Of a DNA stretch of 64,000 nt, positions 38,772 through 51,423 are shown in pieces (the stretch's first letter is position 1; each line of letters begins with the position of its first letter). Source of the DNA: Vitrella brassicaformis CCMP3155 (taxonomy: Eukaryota; Protista; Chromerida); the NCBI GenBank assembly GCA_001179505.1, contig CDMY01000446.1, positions 10,997 through 74,996 on the forward strand. The letters run 5' to 3'. Made by a program: the position numbers and the translations under genes. The notes below the pieces were generated by a model. That model did not search any database and was not told where the DNA came from. It saw only the letters and a program-made list of their open reading frames with translations.

Positions 38772-41700
38772 TCATTTTCCTGAAGCATCCTCAGGAGCAT
38801 CAGCAGGAGGGGCCCCTGTCTCCGTCTCGGCGTCGTCAGCCAGCCATCGTGGCGTGGGATAGTGTCTGGTGACGAAGGCGATGGGCGCCGCGTCGGGGAA
38901 GACCTCCACAATGGTGCACTGGTCGCATATGTGTGGGTGGAGCTTGTTGACAAACGCCATCACATCGTACGAGTAGAGGATGGCGTGGGTGCGGCCGGTG
39001 GAGAGGGCGTCGAGCATGGCCTCCAGAGAGAACAGGTCGACAATCGTGGCCTGGAAAAGACAGAGAGGGACGACAATGCATGTCTATGTCTCTGTCTCTG
39101 TCTCTCTGTATCTCTGTGTGTGTGCGTCTTGTTGTGAGTGTGGTCGGCAATCCTTACGTTGGGTAGGTGCTCTTCGATGATTTCGTCTCTGCTGGTGCCA
39201 GGTGTGTGGCCGATCTTCATCTTGGCCGTATTCAAGGCCTCCAACTCCAAAGACGACGAATTCAGCACTGATCGAATACCAGACATCACATCACATTGGT
39301 CGCGTCTCTCTCTGTGTGCCTTTCAAGACAAGACAAGGTACCTTTGGTTGCGTTTGGTCCTGCGATGAGTGCACTCCTGTCGCCGGCCATGTATGGGCAC
39401 GGGAACGATACCATCTCAGCGCGCACAGGGGTGGGGAATACTGTGGCAGACACGACGTCATAGTGGTCGTCGTACCTGCCACCAATACAACCAACACACC
39501 ACATGGAGACATCAACCGTGAGGTGTGTCCATGTCTCTCTGTGTGCGTGTGTGAGCGTACAGGGGTGCAATGAGGTCCACAAAGAAGTCTCTGTGAACAG
39601 GTCGGTAGACGAAGATCGGCCGCACTGAGATGTCGTAGAAGTCGCTCAGGTAGTCCGCCAAAGCGTTGATCACGTCCACCTCGAAACCCCACACAGACCT
39701 TCACCCACCCGGACACGCACAGAGCACAGAAGAGCAGCACTCACAACGAGACACATTCGGTACGGACCATTCCATCGATCCACTCACCCGTTTGCAGATC
39801 TCCATGCGAATGGGGGGTACCCGAAGTCGCTCCCCACCCACAGCTCGCCGCTTGACAAGACGCGCTTGAGGGTCCCGTGTGCATCCTCCATTGGGGGCAG
39901 CGATGTCTCGCGGCACACCTCATCGGACCCTTCTTGCAGCATCCTGCCGTCACCGACCGCCCCACCATGCCGCCAGTAGATGGCCGCGTCAAGGGGCATT
40001 GGAATCTGCGGATCGCCGTCGAAGTATTTCGACCTGTCAAGGAGACACAAGGACAGGTGAAGATCCGTGTTTTATCTTTGCTTTGTGCATTGCCCACCAT
40101 ATGTCGAACCACTCGCCGCTGTCCAGTAGTTTCAGCAGGGTGGCGCTGAGAGCAGAAGTCAGCTGGTCGTCTCCTCCGTTGGGCAGCTCACCCATGGCTT
40201 CGTAGGGCGCGAGTGAAGATGAAGCAGCCACCACCTCGCCCCCCAACACCGAGCCCGTTCCATGGATATACGGTTGACTCGCATTGCGGCCGTATGAGAG
40301 AGAGGATGGCCCAGTGCGGTTGAGTAGGAGCTCTCGAAGTTTGCCGCCTGAAGACTCCGGCACTTGAGGTATTTTGACGTCTTCGCGTCCCTCTTTGACC
40401 CAGTAGCCGTCGTCCCACTCCTCGCTGACGCCCTCTTCCGGATCAGGCACCCAGTAATACGTGACGTTCGCCACCTCGTAATAATACGTGCCTGCACACA
40501 GGCACCGGAATGAAGACATGACCCATGGCGTTCAATGGAAATACAGCCCTCTCACCGTTGGCAAAGTAGACCTCTCCCTCCGGATCCTCATCGACCTCTA
40601 TCAGCTCGCTCTCATCAGGATCGATGGCCTGCCCGGCCGGGGGTAGCTCAGTTCGGTTGCTCTTAGCGTCGTAGTAGTATGATGGGTCGAAGGGGGTCTC
40701 TTCGGGCGGGACGTACGACACATCCACGTCGACATTGGTGACCGTGCCGGTGCTGGAGCTTGGGGGCTCGGCGGGGTCTTCTTGGTAGTTGTCGCGGTAG
40801 AATGGCTCGCAGTAGCCTTGCAGGCAGTAGCCCGAGCAGCAGTGGATGTCATCGGTGCATGCGTAGGCGTCGGGCTGGCACTGGCTGCCGTAGTAGTCGG
40901 CCGTGTCGTACCGGTCGTAGTACCGGTCATACCACCAGTAGTATGGAATGTAGGGGTACCTGAGAGAGACAAAAAAGGACGGTCAGATGTGGTCTCCACA
41001 CGTCTGCATGCTCACGTACCACCAGCCAAATCCGAAGTAGAAGCCGACACCCAGGCCTAGACCCCGGCCACGCACTCGTAGGGGGATGGGAAGAGCCCGA
41101 CGGAAGCGCCTCCCCAGGAGAAACCTCGGACGGATCGCCTCGAGGCAGGCAGACACTCACATTCAAGAATGACCACACATGAAAACCCGTCCACGTCTCT
41201 CTCTCCTCTCACCTGTCCACGAGGCACCCTCCGGATCAGTCTCCTGATCTTCCTCGTTGCTCTCCGGGGGGCGCGGCGCGGGACATGCGGGCGCCTGAAT
41301 GGCCTGTTGTACTGCACATAGCGTGGGATGCCGCTGCGGGCGCGGACTCGGCGTGATACAGACCGGAAACCAGGCCGTGCGACATTGGCTAGCGATGGAC
41401 GAGCGCCGCTACGGCGTCTGGGGCGACGACCGGCTGTGCCCTTGCCGCTGCCTCTCTCCCCGGGTCGTCGTCCCTCACCGACAGATGGGCGAGCTCCCTT
41501 GCCGCTGCCTTTTCCGGCCGCAGGTCGTCGGCCCTTGCCGGACCCCTTGCCTCGAGCGCCCTTGCCTTTCCCTCCACGCGCCCCTTCGCCGCGAGACCCT
41601 TTGCCGCGAGACCCTTTGCCTCGCAAACCCTTGCCGCCGCGAGATCCCTTGCCGCGAGAAGCTGTGCCTTTGCCGCGGCCGCGACTGCCCCCGCCTCGGT

Positions 41701-42951
41701 TGGCGACGTTGGGTGGCCTTGGGCGTGCTCCCTTGCCTTTGCCGCGCTGAACGCTGGGAGAGGCTGGGTTGCGGCCAGTGGTACGAGGAGGGCGCGGCTG
41801 AGCCCGGTTCCAGTTGCTGAAAGAATGGAAAGCAGAGGTGAGACATGTAGATTTGTGTGACCCTCGGCCACTACGCGTCTTCGTATTATGGTTACTTGGC
41901 AGCCTGTCGGGCTCTGCTGCCCGTGTTGGGGGAGAGCTGTCCTGTCGGCCTGCGAACCGTCACCGAGCCGGAAGCGCGCTGGCGCGAAGTACTGGCCGGG
42001 CGGTTGGCAGGACGATTGGCGGGCCGACCGGCAGGGCGAGAACGGGACGCTGACCAAAGGAGACACGTGTTGACGTGTTAAGAAACAGAGAAATGTGTCC
42101 GTCATTGCTTGTGTCACCTGTGGGGCTGCGTCTCGAGGTGGTTGTACGGCTGGGTCGCCGTCCCGTGCTCGACGGGCGTCGGCGGACTGTGGACGACGAG
42201 CGGGAGCGGGAACGCGAAGGGGACGACCTGCCACCTGCACGCACATAGAACACATCAGAAAATTGTGAACGTGTTGTTTTCTCGAACGAACATGCACGTG
42301 GGTCAACATTCGACAACGATGAGAACAGAACTCTCAAGAATCAAATACAACTTAATATAATATGATCTACAGCACAGCGCACCATAGCTGAAACTGGACC
42401 TCCTTCCTGCTCCAGAGGAGCGTCGGCCGCTGCGCGACACAGATGACCGGCCCCTAGAGCCGAACGAGCCGCCCCTTCTCCCCCCGAACGAGCCGCCCCG
42501 CCTGCCTCCACCCCGAGACCCCCCACGTGATCGGCTCCCGCCTCCCCTGCCCCTACCTCGCCCACCGCCTCCTCGACCACGACCACCTCCACCTCTGTCA
42601 CTCGACGATAGATAGAAGCACAAGACGATATGGATGCATGCAGTGTCGGTATATAGTGCATGTGAGGGTGAGTGTACCTTCCTCTGCCTCCTCCCCCTCT
42701 GCCCCGGCCACCGCCTCCACGGCCGCGGCCGCCACCACCCCTTCCGCCGCCACGGCCTCGCTGCAACTCTCGGCTGCCTTGCTCAGCGCCAACCTCCTCT
42801 GACCAGGAAAGCCGCACACAACACATACGTCGTCGGTGAGGGATGTGCGGTTTCTGGTGGGTGGAAGAAGTGGTTTGTGGATGGGGATTTGCTCACCGAA
42901 TAAACACACCACAAAGAAGAGGAGGACGGCGACAAAGTGCCACACACGCAT
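38772..42951 (-). CDS. Secreted protein: signal peptide, RGG/Arg-rich region, cystine-knot motif, acidic linker, SBP_bac_3-like domain
   Basis: MRVWHFVAVLLFFVVCLF; RGGGGRGRGGG and GKG repeats; CQPDAYACTDDIHCCSGYCLQGYC; TLKRVLSSGELWVGSDFGYPPF, GFEVDVINALA, TPVRAEMVSFPCPY, KIGHTPGTS, LDALSTGRTHA. The joining of the two halves is inferred from splice sites. Confidence 0.7.
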
Positions 42952-44000
42952 CGCGGCTGATCCGGTGGGGCCTCACGAGATCACGGAAAATGGAACGATG
43001 GAAGGAAAACCGCTCGGGCTGGATGCAGCTGATGGACGTTCTACGACCACCTGACGGACGTGCAGGCCTTCTAGAACACCCAGAGAGCGGGGAAAGTCCC
43101 TGCCAACGGCGGCTCTTGGGGGTGTTGTGTTCACAAGATGAGACTGGTGGTGGAATCGCTGGAAGGGAGGGGTGCGTGGGTGGTCCCGCCTGAGGCGGGA
43201 CACGTGCTGTTATCCATGCTGACGTTCTATCTTCTCTACATATATAACATCATCCGATCGTGCGCTTTCGGTCTTGGGTGGCTCCCGATTGACTTCATTT
43301 CCTCAAACACACACGTACAGCGGAGATCTGTCCCCAAGAGCTGACTGTCTGCCTCATGGGAAAATCGCTGACAGGGCATGACATCGACAAGTCACTGTAC
43401 TGATGGCCTCACGTTTTGTGTGCCATGCTGCCCTTGCTGGCTTATCTTGCCCGCCGTCACCTTACTAACCTGGCGCAGACAGCAGGCCAGGATAATATGG
43501 TCACGCCTGGCGGTGGCAGCCATGCAATGGGCCGCATAGCATTGAAGCATCATCGAAAGCAGGCGAGACAGAAAGATAGACGCACACCACTGGGAGTCAA
43601 AAACGAAACGCATCCGCCGTATCGCACCCACCATCCGTTGGTCAAAACACTACACCTGCCTCCCTCCCTGTCTGCCTGACAGACCACATCGACTGACTGA
43701 TCCATGCACGCTTAGCATGCACCACCCGGACGCAATAGATACCCTGACCACACCAGCTGTCCTCCCACCCACTCACTGCCGCATTCGTAATGCACCGCAC
43801 CAGTTAGTTACTCTACACACACGAATCGGCGAAGATGATGATGGCAGGCACACCGACGTGGCGCAGCACAAGGTTGGTGATGGAAAAATAGATGATGCGT
43901 TCGTTGCTCCGTATGGCGCCCCAGGGGAGGGGGAGGGGGAGGGGAGGGGAGGAGGGAGGGAGGGGGAGGGAGGGCCATGGGATGGGTGGAGGGAGGCTCA

Positions 44001-46910
44001 TCAGAGGATGAATTTGTGGAGGTCGGTCTTCTTGAGCAGCTCACCAACAGCAGTGCGGACCACATCAGCCGTGATGCTCACCCTGCCGAGGTCCAGGTGC
44101 CATGGGATCAATGATGTCTTTGCGTGTGCATGTGTGTGTCGGGGTAAGCTTACTTTTTGCCCGACTCCATCTCTGGTGCATTGTAGCTGAACTCCTCCAT
44201 TATCCTGACAGGCAAAGACAGCGACAGAGAGACATGTCGGCGTGTCGTTTGTCTGTTCGTCTCTCTGGCAGTGTCTCACTTCTCGATGATGGTGTGCAGC
44301 CTCCTGGCTCCGATGTTCTCGACCGACGTGTTGACCTCAGCGGCAACTGCTCCCACCAATGAGAGACACAACTTTCACTCCACCCACGAGCACTCATTTC
44401 CCTCGTCTGTGTACCTTTGGCGATTTCCTGCACCGCTGTCTCGTCGAAGACGACCTCCACACCCTCTGTCTCAAGCAACGCTGCATAATGATGGCACACA
44501 CAGGGAGAGAGACAAGATATCCGCACACACATCTGCGCATCTGTGTGTTGCTTTACCTTTGTTCTGGTCAATGAGGTTGTTCCGTGACTCCTTGAGAATC
44601 TTGACAAAGTCCTCCTCTGTGAGCGGCTTGAGCTCCACTCTCACGGGCAGCCGCCCCTGCAGCTCGGCCAGCATATCGCTCGGCTTCACCGAGTGGAAGG
44701 CACCGCTCGCTATGAACAGAATGTAGTCCGTCTTGACGCTGCCTGCACACGCACATGAGAATCCACACATACGTCGTTTGCGGGATGTCTCCACTTCTGT
44801 CTTGGTGTGCATGTGTCGGCTGACTGACCATATCGAGTCGGTATTGATGATCCCTCAATGAGTGGCAGGAGGTCTCGCTGCACGCCCTCTGAGGATGCAT
44901 CGGGGCCACGATACCCACCCTGCAAACGGGGGAGAGAGAGGTGGATGGAAGAACGGATGGAGTTGATCGATCACATGCAGGTGGCTGACCGATTTGGTGC
45001 AGATCTTGTCGATCTCGTCTATGAACACAATGCCCTCCTGCTCGACGGCCTCTATCGCCTTCTGCAAAACCATGTCCTGTTGGTGAATGGTCAACGCACA
45101 CCAAGACAGGTCGCACCATACCATGCTGGGGAGTTAGTTACTGATGCGCACCGCACCTGGTTGATCATTTTGTCGAGTTCGATTTGGACGAGTTTGGTCT
45201 TGGCCTCCTTGATGGCCATCTGCTTCTTCTCGGTGGGCTTCTTGCTGCTCCCACCACCTGCACACACACACACATACATCCACGTAGAACATGGGAGTAT
45301 CTGTGGGTGTCTGTCGTACTCCTGCTACCCACCGGTGGGTGTGACGACCTTGATGGCCTTGATGTTGCCCTGCCTTTGTGTGATGTAGTCCTGGATGATG
45401 TCGGACACGTCAACACCGAAGCCAACGGCCTGCGGCATGCCGCTGCCCGAACCACCCACTGCACGAGTCACACACCACCCACAGATGCACACACATCAGC
45501 GGGAGCTCATTGGGCGGCAGGTATACGTGTGTCCTCATGCATACTCGGGAATGAGTTTGGTGGCGATATTGGCACCTCAACTTGGATCATCTGGTCGTCC
45601 AGGTGACCCTGAACACACATTGTCAACCACCACCACCGCCATGAGTACCTCCCATCTCCCTCCCCTGCCGCTTCTTTGCTCACATTCCTCAGGTGGTCAA
45701 GCCAACTCTGACGGTCAGAATTCTGAACGCACCCAGCACAACATGTGACCCCAAATGACCCTCCTCCCCATGTCGTCGCGCACACCCTCCCACGTACGTA
45801 CCCCGATCTTTCCGAGCAGCGCCTCGAGTATCTTCTTCTCGGCGGCCTCTTCTGCCTGTGGCTTGAGCTCCTCCTCGAGCCGCTGCCTTTGCCTCTTGAT
45901 GGCCAGCTCCACCAGGTCCCTCAGGATCTGGTCCACGTCGCGGCCGTGGAAGCCCACCTCGGTGAACTTGGTCGCCTCCACCTTGATGAACGGCGCATCC
46001 ACCAACTTGGACAGACGACGCGCAATCTGACGACACGAATGGGCCAAGGAGTAATCTGGTGCCTGTGGGGTGTGTTGTGTGGCTGTGTGCGTACCTCTGT
46101 CTTGCCGCAGCCGGTGGGTCCGATCATGAGGATGTTCTTGGGCATGATGTCTGATCGAGCAGCGCACGCGCACACGTCCACAACATGGAATCCTTCTTTC
46201 TGTGTGGTTATGGCTTACCGTCCTTCATTTCTGAATCCTTCAGCTGCTGACGCCGCCAACGATTCCCTACACAGATAATGACAGACACAACAAATTGATA
46301 CGCATGTGCCTACATGCGTTCTCCCCCCTCCCCCCCTCCCTCCCTTACGCAGTGCGTTAGCCACTGCCCTCTTGGCGTCTTTCTGCCCGATGATGTACTG
46401 GTCCAGGTACTGCACCATCTCTGAGGGCTTCATGCCCTTCCGCTCACTCACACGCCCCCTGGCCTTCTCCACCACATCCTTGTCGCCATCGGCGGCAGCC
46501 GTGGCAGCCTCCTTCGCAGGCTCCACACCATTCTCGCCGCTCACCGCATTCAGAGGCGTGATCGGGGGCTCGGACGAAGCCGACTGCGTGTCGGATGCAG
46601 CCGCAGCATCGCCACCAGACTCCTTCCCCGGTGTCGTGTCGGGCTGTTCTGTCGCCTTGTCGGCATCGGCCTTGGCTTCATCCTTCGACTCGCTCGAGAA
46701 GTGCCGCACAGCACTCCTGTAGGCGTCCCGGTCGATGACGAACAGGGTTGCTGGCTGCAGAGAGGCCGGATGTCTCTGTCTGGAGCAGTGCGATAGGTGC
46801 CGGATGTGTGTGGTGAAGGGGAGTCTGTCGCTGAGCAGGGAGGGGGGGGGCGGGGCGGCAAATCGACGGCGGCCAGCCGACGCTGTTCGCAGGATGCTCT
46901 GGTGACGCAT
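44001..46910 (-). CDS. hslU: HslU/ClpY ATPase subunit, probably mitochondrial
   Basis: [135 protein letters not shown]; ends DLHKFIL*; Arg/Ser-rich N-terminus. Confidence 0.96.
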
Positions 46911-47018
46911 GACCACAGCAAAAGATGATGTACAAGAGACTCTCGCAGATCAGCAGCACCTTTCACAAAGGCCTAGCAACGCCTCTGCATTTCCTCCTTT
47001 TCCGGCATCTTCTTTCTT

Positions 47019-47039
47019 AGCTCGCAATGTTTGCGAGCT
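47019..47039. promoter_or_regulatory. Inverted pair AGCTCGCA..TGCGAGCT in the hslU / EF-hand divergent promoter
   Basis: agctcgca 47019-47026, tgcgagct 47032-47039. Confidence 0.55.
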
Positions 47040-47077
47040 TTTCCTGAATTCTTCGAAACGCTCGCCGAGTGTCCACC

Positions 47078-48185
47078 ATGGGCAACAGGAGCAGCAGCTC
47101 AGGCGGCGGTCCAGCCACTGTGACGTCAGCAGGCTCCGAGACCGAGATCAAGCTGGTGAGCGACATCACCAGCGAGAGAGTCCGCAGAGGATTCAGACAA
47201 CACTGCAACCGGGACGGCAAACTCGACAAGCCCACCTTCAACGCAGCACTGTCCATCCTGGTGGGCGGATGGGTGCATCCTCCCATCACACACGAACGAG
47301 ATCTCTCTCTTGCCTTTTGAATGTTTGTGCATCAGGAAGATCTGGGTCTGCGGCGGTTGCGTGAGACTCCCTTGGGCGAGCGGCTGTTCAGCCTGTTCGA
47401 CAGGGATGCAAGTTCTGCGGTGGATGAAGAAGAGTTCGTCAAAGGCGTGTCCATCCTGACAAGCGACAGCCAACCGCAGAAGATTGACCGTAGGCAGCCA
47501 CTGCACAGACGGAGTTGATTGAGGCACAGAGTGTCGTCTGTTGTGTGTGCATGGTATTGTGTCAGTGACGTTCCAGGCGTATGACACGCGCAAGGACGGG
47601 CGGATATCGAAGGCCGATCTGGTGGACATCCTGCAGGCAAGCTGGCTGGCGGCCTTCAGGTGACTCCCCTCCCTCACCCACCCCCTTGCTGACATGCACA
47701 CGCACTTCCCCTGTGTCGTCCCTCCCTTCGTGCAGGTTTCTGGCTGAGAAGCTACGTTCGTCTTCTCATGGGTCGTCTGACGGCAAGCCCTCGTCGAGAC
47801 AGATACAGGACTTCGCCAAGAAGAACCTCAGCAAATTCAGGGAGGCGACCGAGCGCTCATTTGATCGATACGACCCCTTGCGAACTGGGGTAGGCAAACG
47901 AGGCAAGGCGGACGGGAGACAAACATGGCAGAGGAGGAGAATGATGTGCCTGTATGGGTCTCTCTCTGTAGTACCTGGATCGTGCTGCGTTCGAGCAGTG
48001 GGCATCCCAGGACCGGACAATCAGCGCCAAGTATGGGAGCCACGCCATGCAGGTGCGTGAGCCAAAGAGGGAGGGAGAAAGCCAACAGGCTGATCGATAT
48101 CTCCCCTGTTGTCCTTACTTTGGTGTGCCAGGTAGCTGTGACGTTTCTGAATATCGAGAAGCCGCCTCTGTATCCGAGCCTGTAG
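47078..48185 (+). CDS. N-myristoylated EF-hand protein (calcineurin-B/NCS-like)
   Basis: MGNRSS (MGxxxS); ERLFSLFDRDASSAVDEEEFVKGVSIL; FQAYDTRKDGRISKADL; SFDRYDPLRTG. Confidence 0.8.
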
Positions 48186-48659
48186 TCGGTCGGTCGATCT
48201 GTGTGTCGACTTATGCATTGTATGACGCCATTGTCTCTTGGAGCGTCGTGCCAGACATACATGGCATTCATGTAATATGCGATGAATCCATCAGTCGTCT
48301 GTATCATATATATGTACACACCTCACTGGTCCACGGTTCGTGTCAAGGAAGGAAGACGTACGCACAGACACCCACGATTGCCAACACACCCACACACACC
48401 CAGACCCACACACAGCTGCATGCAGACAGGGCTGATCTCCCGGGCTGCATGGCCATGCAATCAGGAGCCGGCAGCAGATGTGTGTGCGCATCGCATCATT
48501 CGCGTGGATGTAGAACACAACACCAACGCACCGACACGATGGAAGTCAGGCCTGACACACTCGCGCGCCCCCACTCGTCTGCGTCGCGGCCGTCACCTCC
48601 GTCAAAGTCTCACTGCGCGCACACACATTTACCGCATGCCATGTATGTACTGATGCCTG

Positions 48660-51202
48660 TCTCCACCTTACCTTCGCAGACGACCTCCGCACCTCGCCCG
48701 ATGTCGTATCCTGCGATGGTATGGCTGTCCTTCAGCTGCCTGTCTCCGAAGATGAGGCACTGGTTCTCGATGGGGCCGCCACCCTTGTCCTTGATCTCCG
48801 CCTTGCCACTCGCGATGGTGTCGGTGGGCCACACAAGCAACGGAATACATGAGGGAAGACCGCTGGAAAAAAAGACAAAAGAAACGAACCCACACGTGTA
48901 TGGGCGCGCGTCTCAATGGAGCGGCAAGTGATGTCTGCACTCCTCACCACCCCAGACGCAGCACCACGTGGAGTGTGCTCTCCTTCTCGATGTTGCAGTC
49001 CGACACAGTGCGGCTGTCCTCCAGCTGCCTGCATTGGAAGATGAGGCGCTGTTCGTCAATGGGGATGCCCTCCTTGGCCTGAATCCTGGCCTTGACGTCC
49101 TCGATCGTGTCAGCCGGCGCCACGTCCAGTGTTCTGGTCGCCCCTGCATGAAGGAAAGAGAGACACAGGAAGTAAGTATCCTCCAGTAGGCGTGGTGTAT
49201 GAGGATCTATGTGTGTGACCTTGAATCTTGTAGAAGATCTGGTATGTGGGTTGCTGCTCCGTGGCCGAACGCGCAGACACACCTGAACACCGGTGCGACA
49301 CGATGGATGACGCACACCATGCCATGCCACATGGGTGTGGTGTGGTTTGTTTCATTCCCTCTCCTTCCGTATTCGTGTTTACCTGTGTTGATGGCCTTCG
49401 GGAGACCTGGTTTCTCGTGTGTACTGTGTGTACCACCGAGAAGACGACACTTGACGAAGATCAAGATTCTCGATCCTGCGACGATCCTGAACGTGACGTG
49501 CAGGAAGAGGCGGAAAACACGACGCGTTGCACGTTGTGAATCAGCGCGTACTTGACGGTGACCAGTTCTCGGAATCTCTCGTACTGGCGACCTTTGTCTG
49601 CAGACGCACGAACAACGGGAGAACCCGAACTAAGTCAATCTGCCCTTCTTCATGGTGATTTGCCCTCAACGTTCTTACATCTGCATGCTGGGTCGTCTGC
49701 CTCGAATCGCTCCTCATACTCGTCCGGTACCGTCACTCGTGTATACACCGTCACCTCACGCTCGCCCAGCCTGTCCTGCCCCTTGGCCACTCGCGTTCAG
49801 CCGCAGCTCGTCACTCAGCAAATGGCTGTAGAGGCCATACTGCCGAATGCTGGCCGGCCGGCTGTTGAAGACGGCCTTGCTGCCCATGTTCTGCAGGTCC
49901 TCACCCGCCAGCTGAATGGGCAGCTGCTGCACGTAGCCACCGTGTTTGGCCAGGAGAAGCACCAGCGCATTGCCCCTCCACTTGCTGCCCCCATTCACCA
50001 GCACGTAGCGCAGCCGAATCAGCTGCGATGGCCGACGAGCGTCGGCCGACTCTCGCAACGGCCGGTAGTCGATGATGCCGGTGAGGGCCTCCTTGTGGAT
50101 GAGTCTGTCGATTTCTGGCACGATGGCGTCCGCGACTGCGCTGCCGACCGCCTTGGATGTGCGACAGAGGGCAATAGTGCTGGCCAGCAGGCGTCTTCCA
50201 CCGATGAGGGGAAGCAGGGTGCAGCTGAGGACATCCATGGGAATGGTGTGCAGGCGTGGTGGTGGCGAGGCTGCAGCGTCAGGTGGCACGATACCCCCGT
50301 CGTCAACGCGGCGGCGCTTGGCACCAGCCTCATCCTGAACACATGGCACATCGTAGATCTGACCATCCGGAAAGCGTCGCCATCATTCGTGCGACGTACC
50401 TTCTTGTGTGGATTGATGGTCGTGTGACTCTTCTTGGCATCGGCGTCGGCCTGGCCGATGAACCTGAAGGTCTTGAAATGGCCCTCAAGCTGATCACACA
50501 CACAGACAGGGAAAGCCTCACTCATTCATGAGTCGACGGACGGACGATGCGTGTATGTGTACTACGAACCAGCGCTAGGCCATCCAGTCGCTTGTACTCG
50601 GCCTACAGGTCGTCCAGTGCATCGGATATGCCCTCGACGGCACCCTTCAGTATCGGCATGCGAGTCCCACCAACAGACCCCTACACACACACGCACAACA
50701 CACACATCCAAAGCATGTGAGGGCTCCAAAGCTATGCCTTGACTGGCTGACCTTCTCAACAAGGTATCTGACACAATCAGCCGCCTGCAGCACATACACC
50801 GCACACACGACTCATATGACACCACCCCCATCTCCCTCCCTCCCTCTCTGCCTGCCGTCCATGTCCTCTCACCTGCGACTGCAGTGCAGCCAGCTTGTCC
50901 TGGAACTGCCACAGCTGCTCCACCTCACGAGCGTACATCTGCAGAGGGCACACGTGACATCAGGGGAGCATGTGAGCCCTGACGCATCTTTGGGTTTTGT
51001 GGCTGCATCAGGGCTCACCGCCTGCCCAGCTTCTTCTGTGCCGCTGCGATTGATGAATCGAAACACATTGATATCACCACTACCTGACCAAACGAACGCA
51101 CACATCCGCACCTTATTTCCACACAAGGATTCCCTCCCTCCCACTCCATCAGTCAATCAGCCTACCTGCAGCAGATGACGCCGATGCTGCTGCGCCATTC
51201 AT
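48660..51202 (-). pseudogene. Lineage-specific F-box-like gene with C-terminal ubiquitin-like domains; probable frameshift(s)
   Basis: LHTIPMDVLSCTLLPLI (F-box-like); Ubl [59 protein letters not shown] and a second degenerate Ubl (DTIASGKAEIKDKGGGPIENQCLIFGDRQLKDSHTIAGYDI). Frame break at cccc 49779-49782. Confidence 0.65.
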
Positions 51203-51423
51203 GCTGCGCCCGCCGGACCCTCCAGATCTTGAGCTCGCAAAAATGTAAACGGAAGAAGCTGCATTGCTGTGCAAAGGCCGTTTTCCACATTGAGCCTCCG
51301 TCGCATCGTTACACATCAATACCACACGCGAAGTTTGAGTGATGGAAGAAGCCAGCGAGACGCCGCAGCTGGCTGACGCTGCTTCCTTCGTGTTTCCGTT
51401 CCTCGACGGCAGAGAGCTGCTCA

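Noticed and set aside
41057-42826. Many overlapping long ORFs as dual-coding genes
   Set aside because: Expected from GC-rich, low-complexity Gly/Arg codons; most ORF-track entries in this window are shadows of this kind.
1-48185. Calcium-signalling cluster (CDPK-like, PKD2, EF-hand protein)
   Set aside because: The genes are 20+ kb apart with unrelated genes between them, and such genes are abundant in alveolates.
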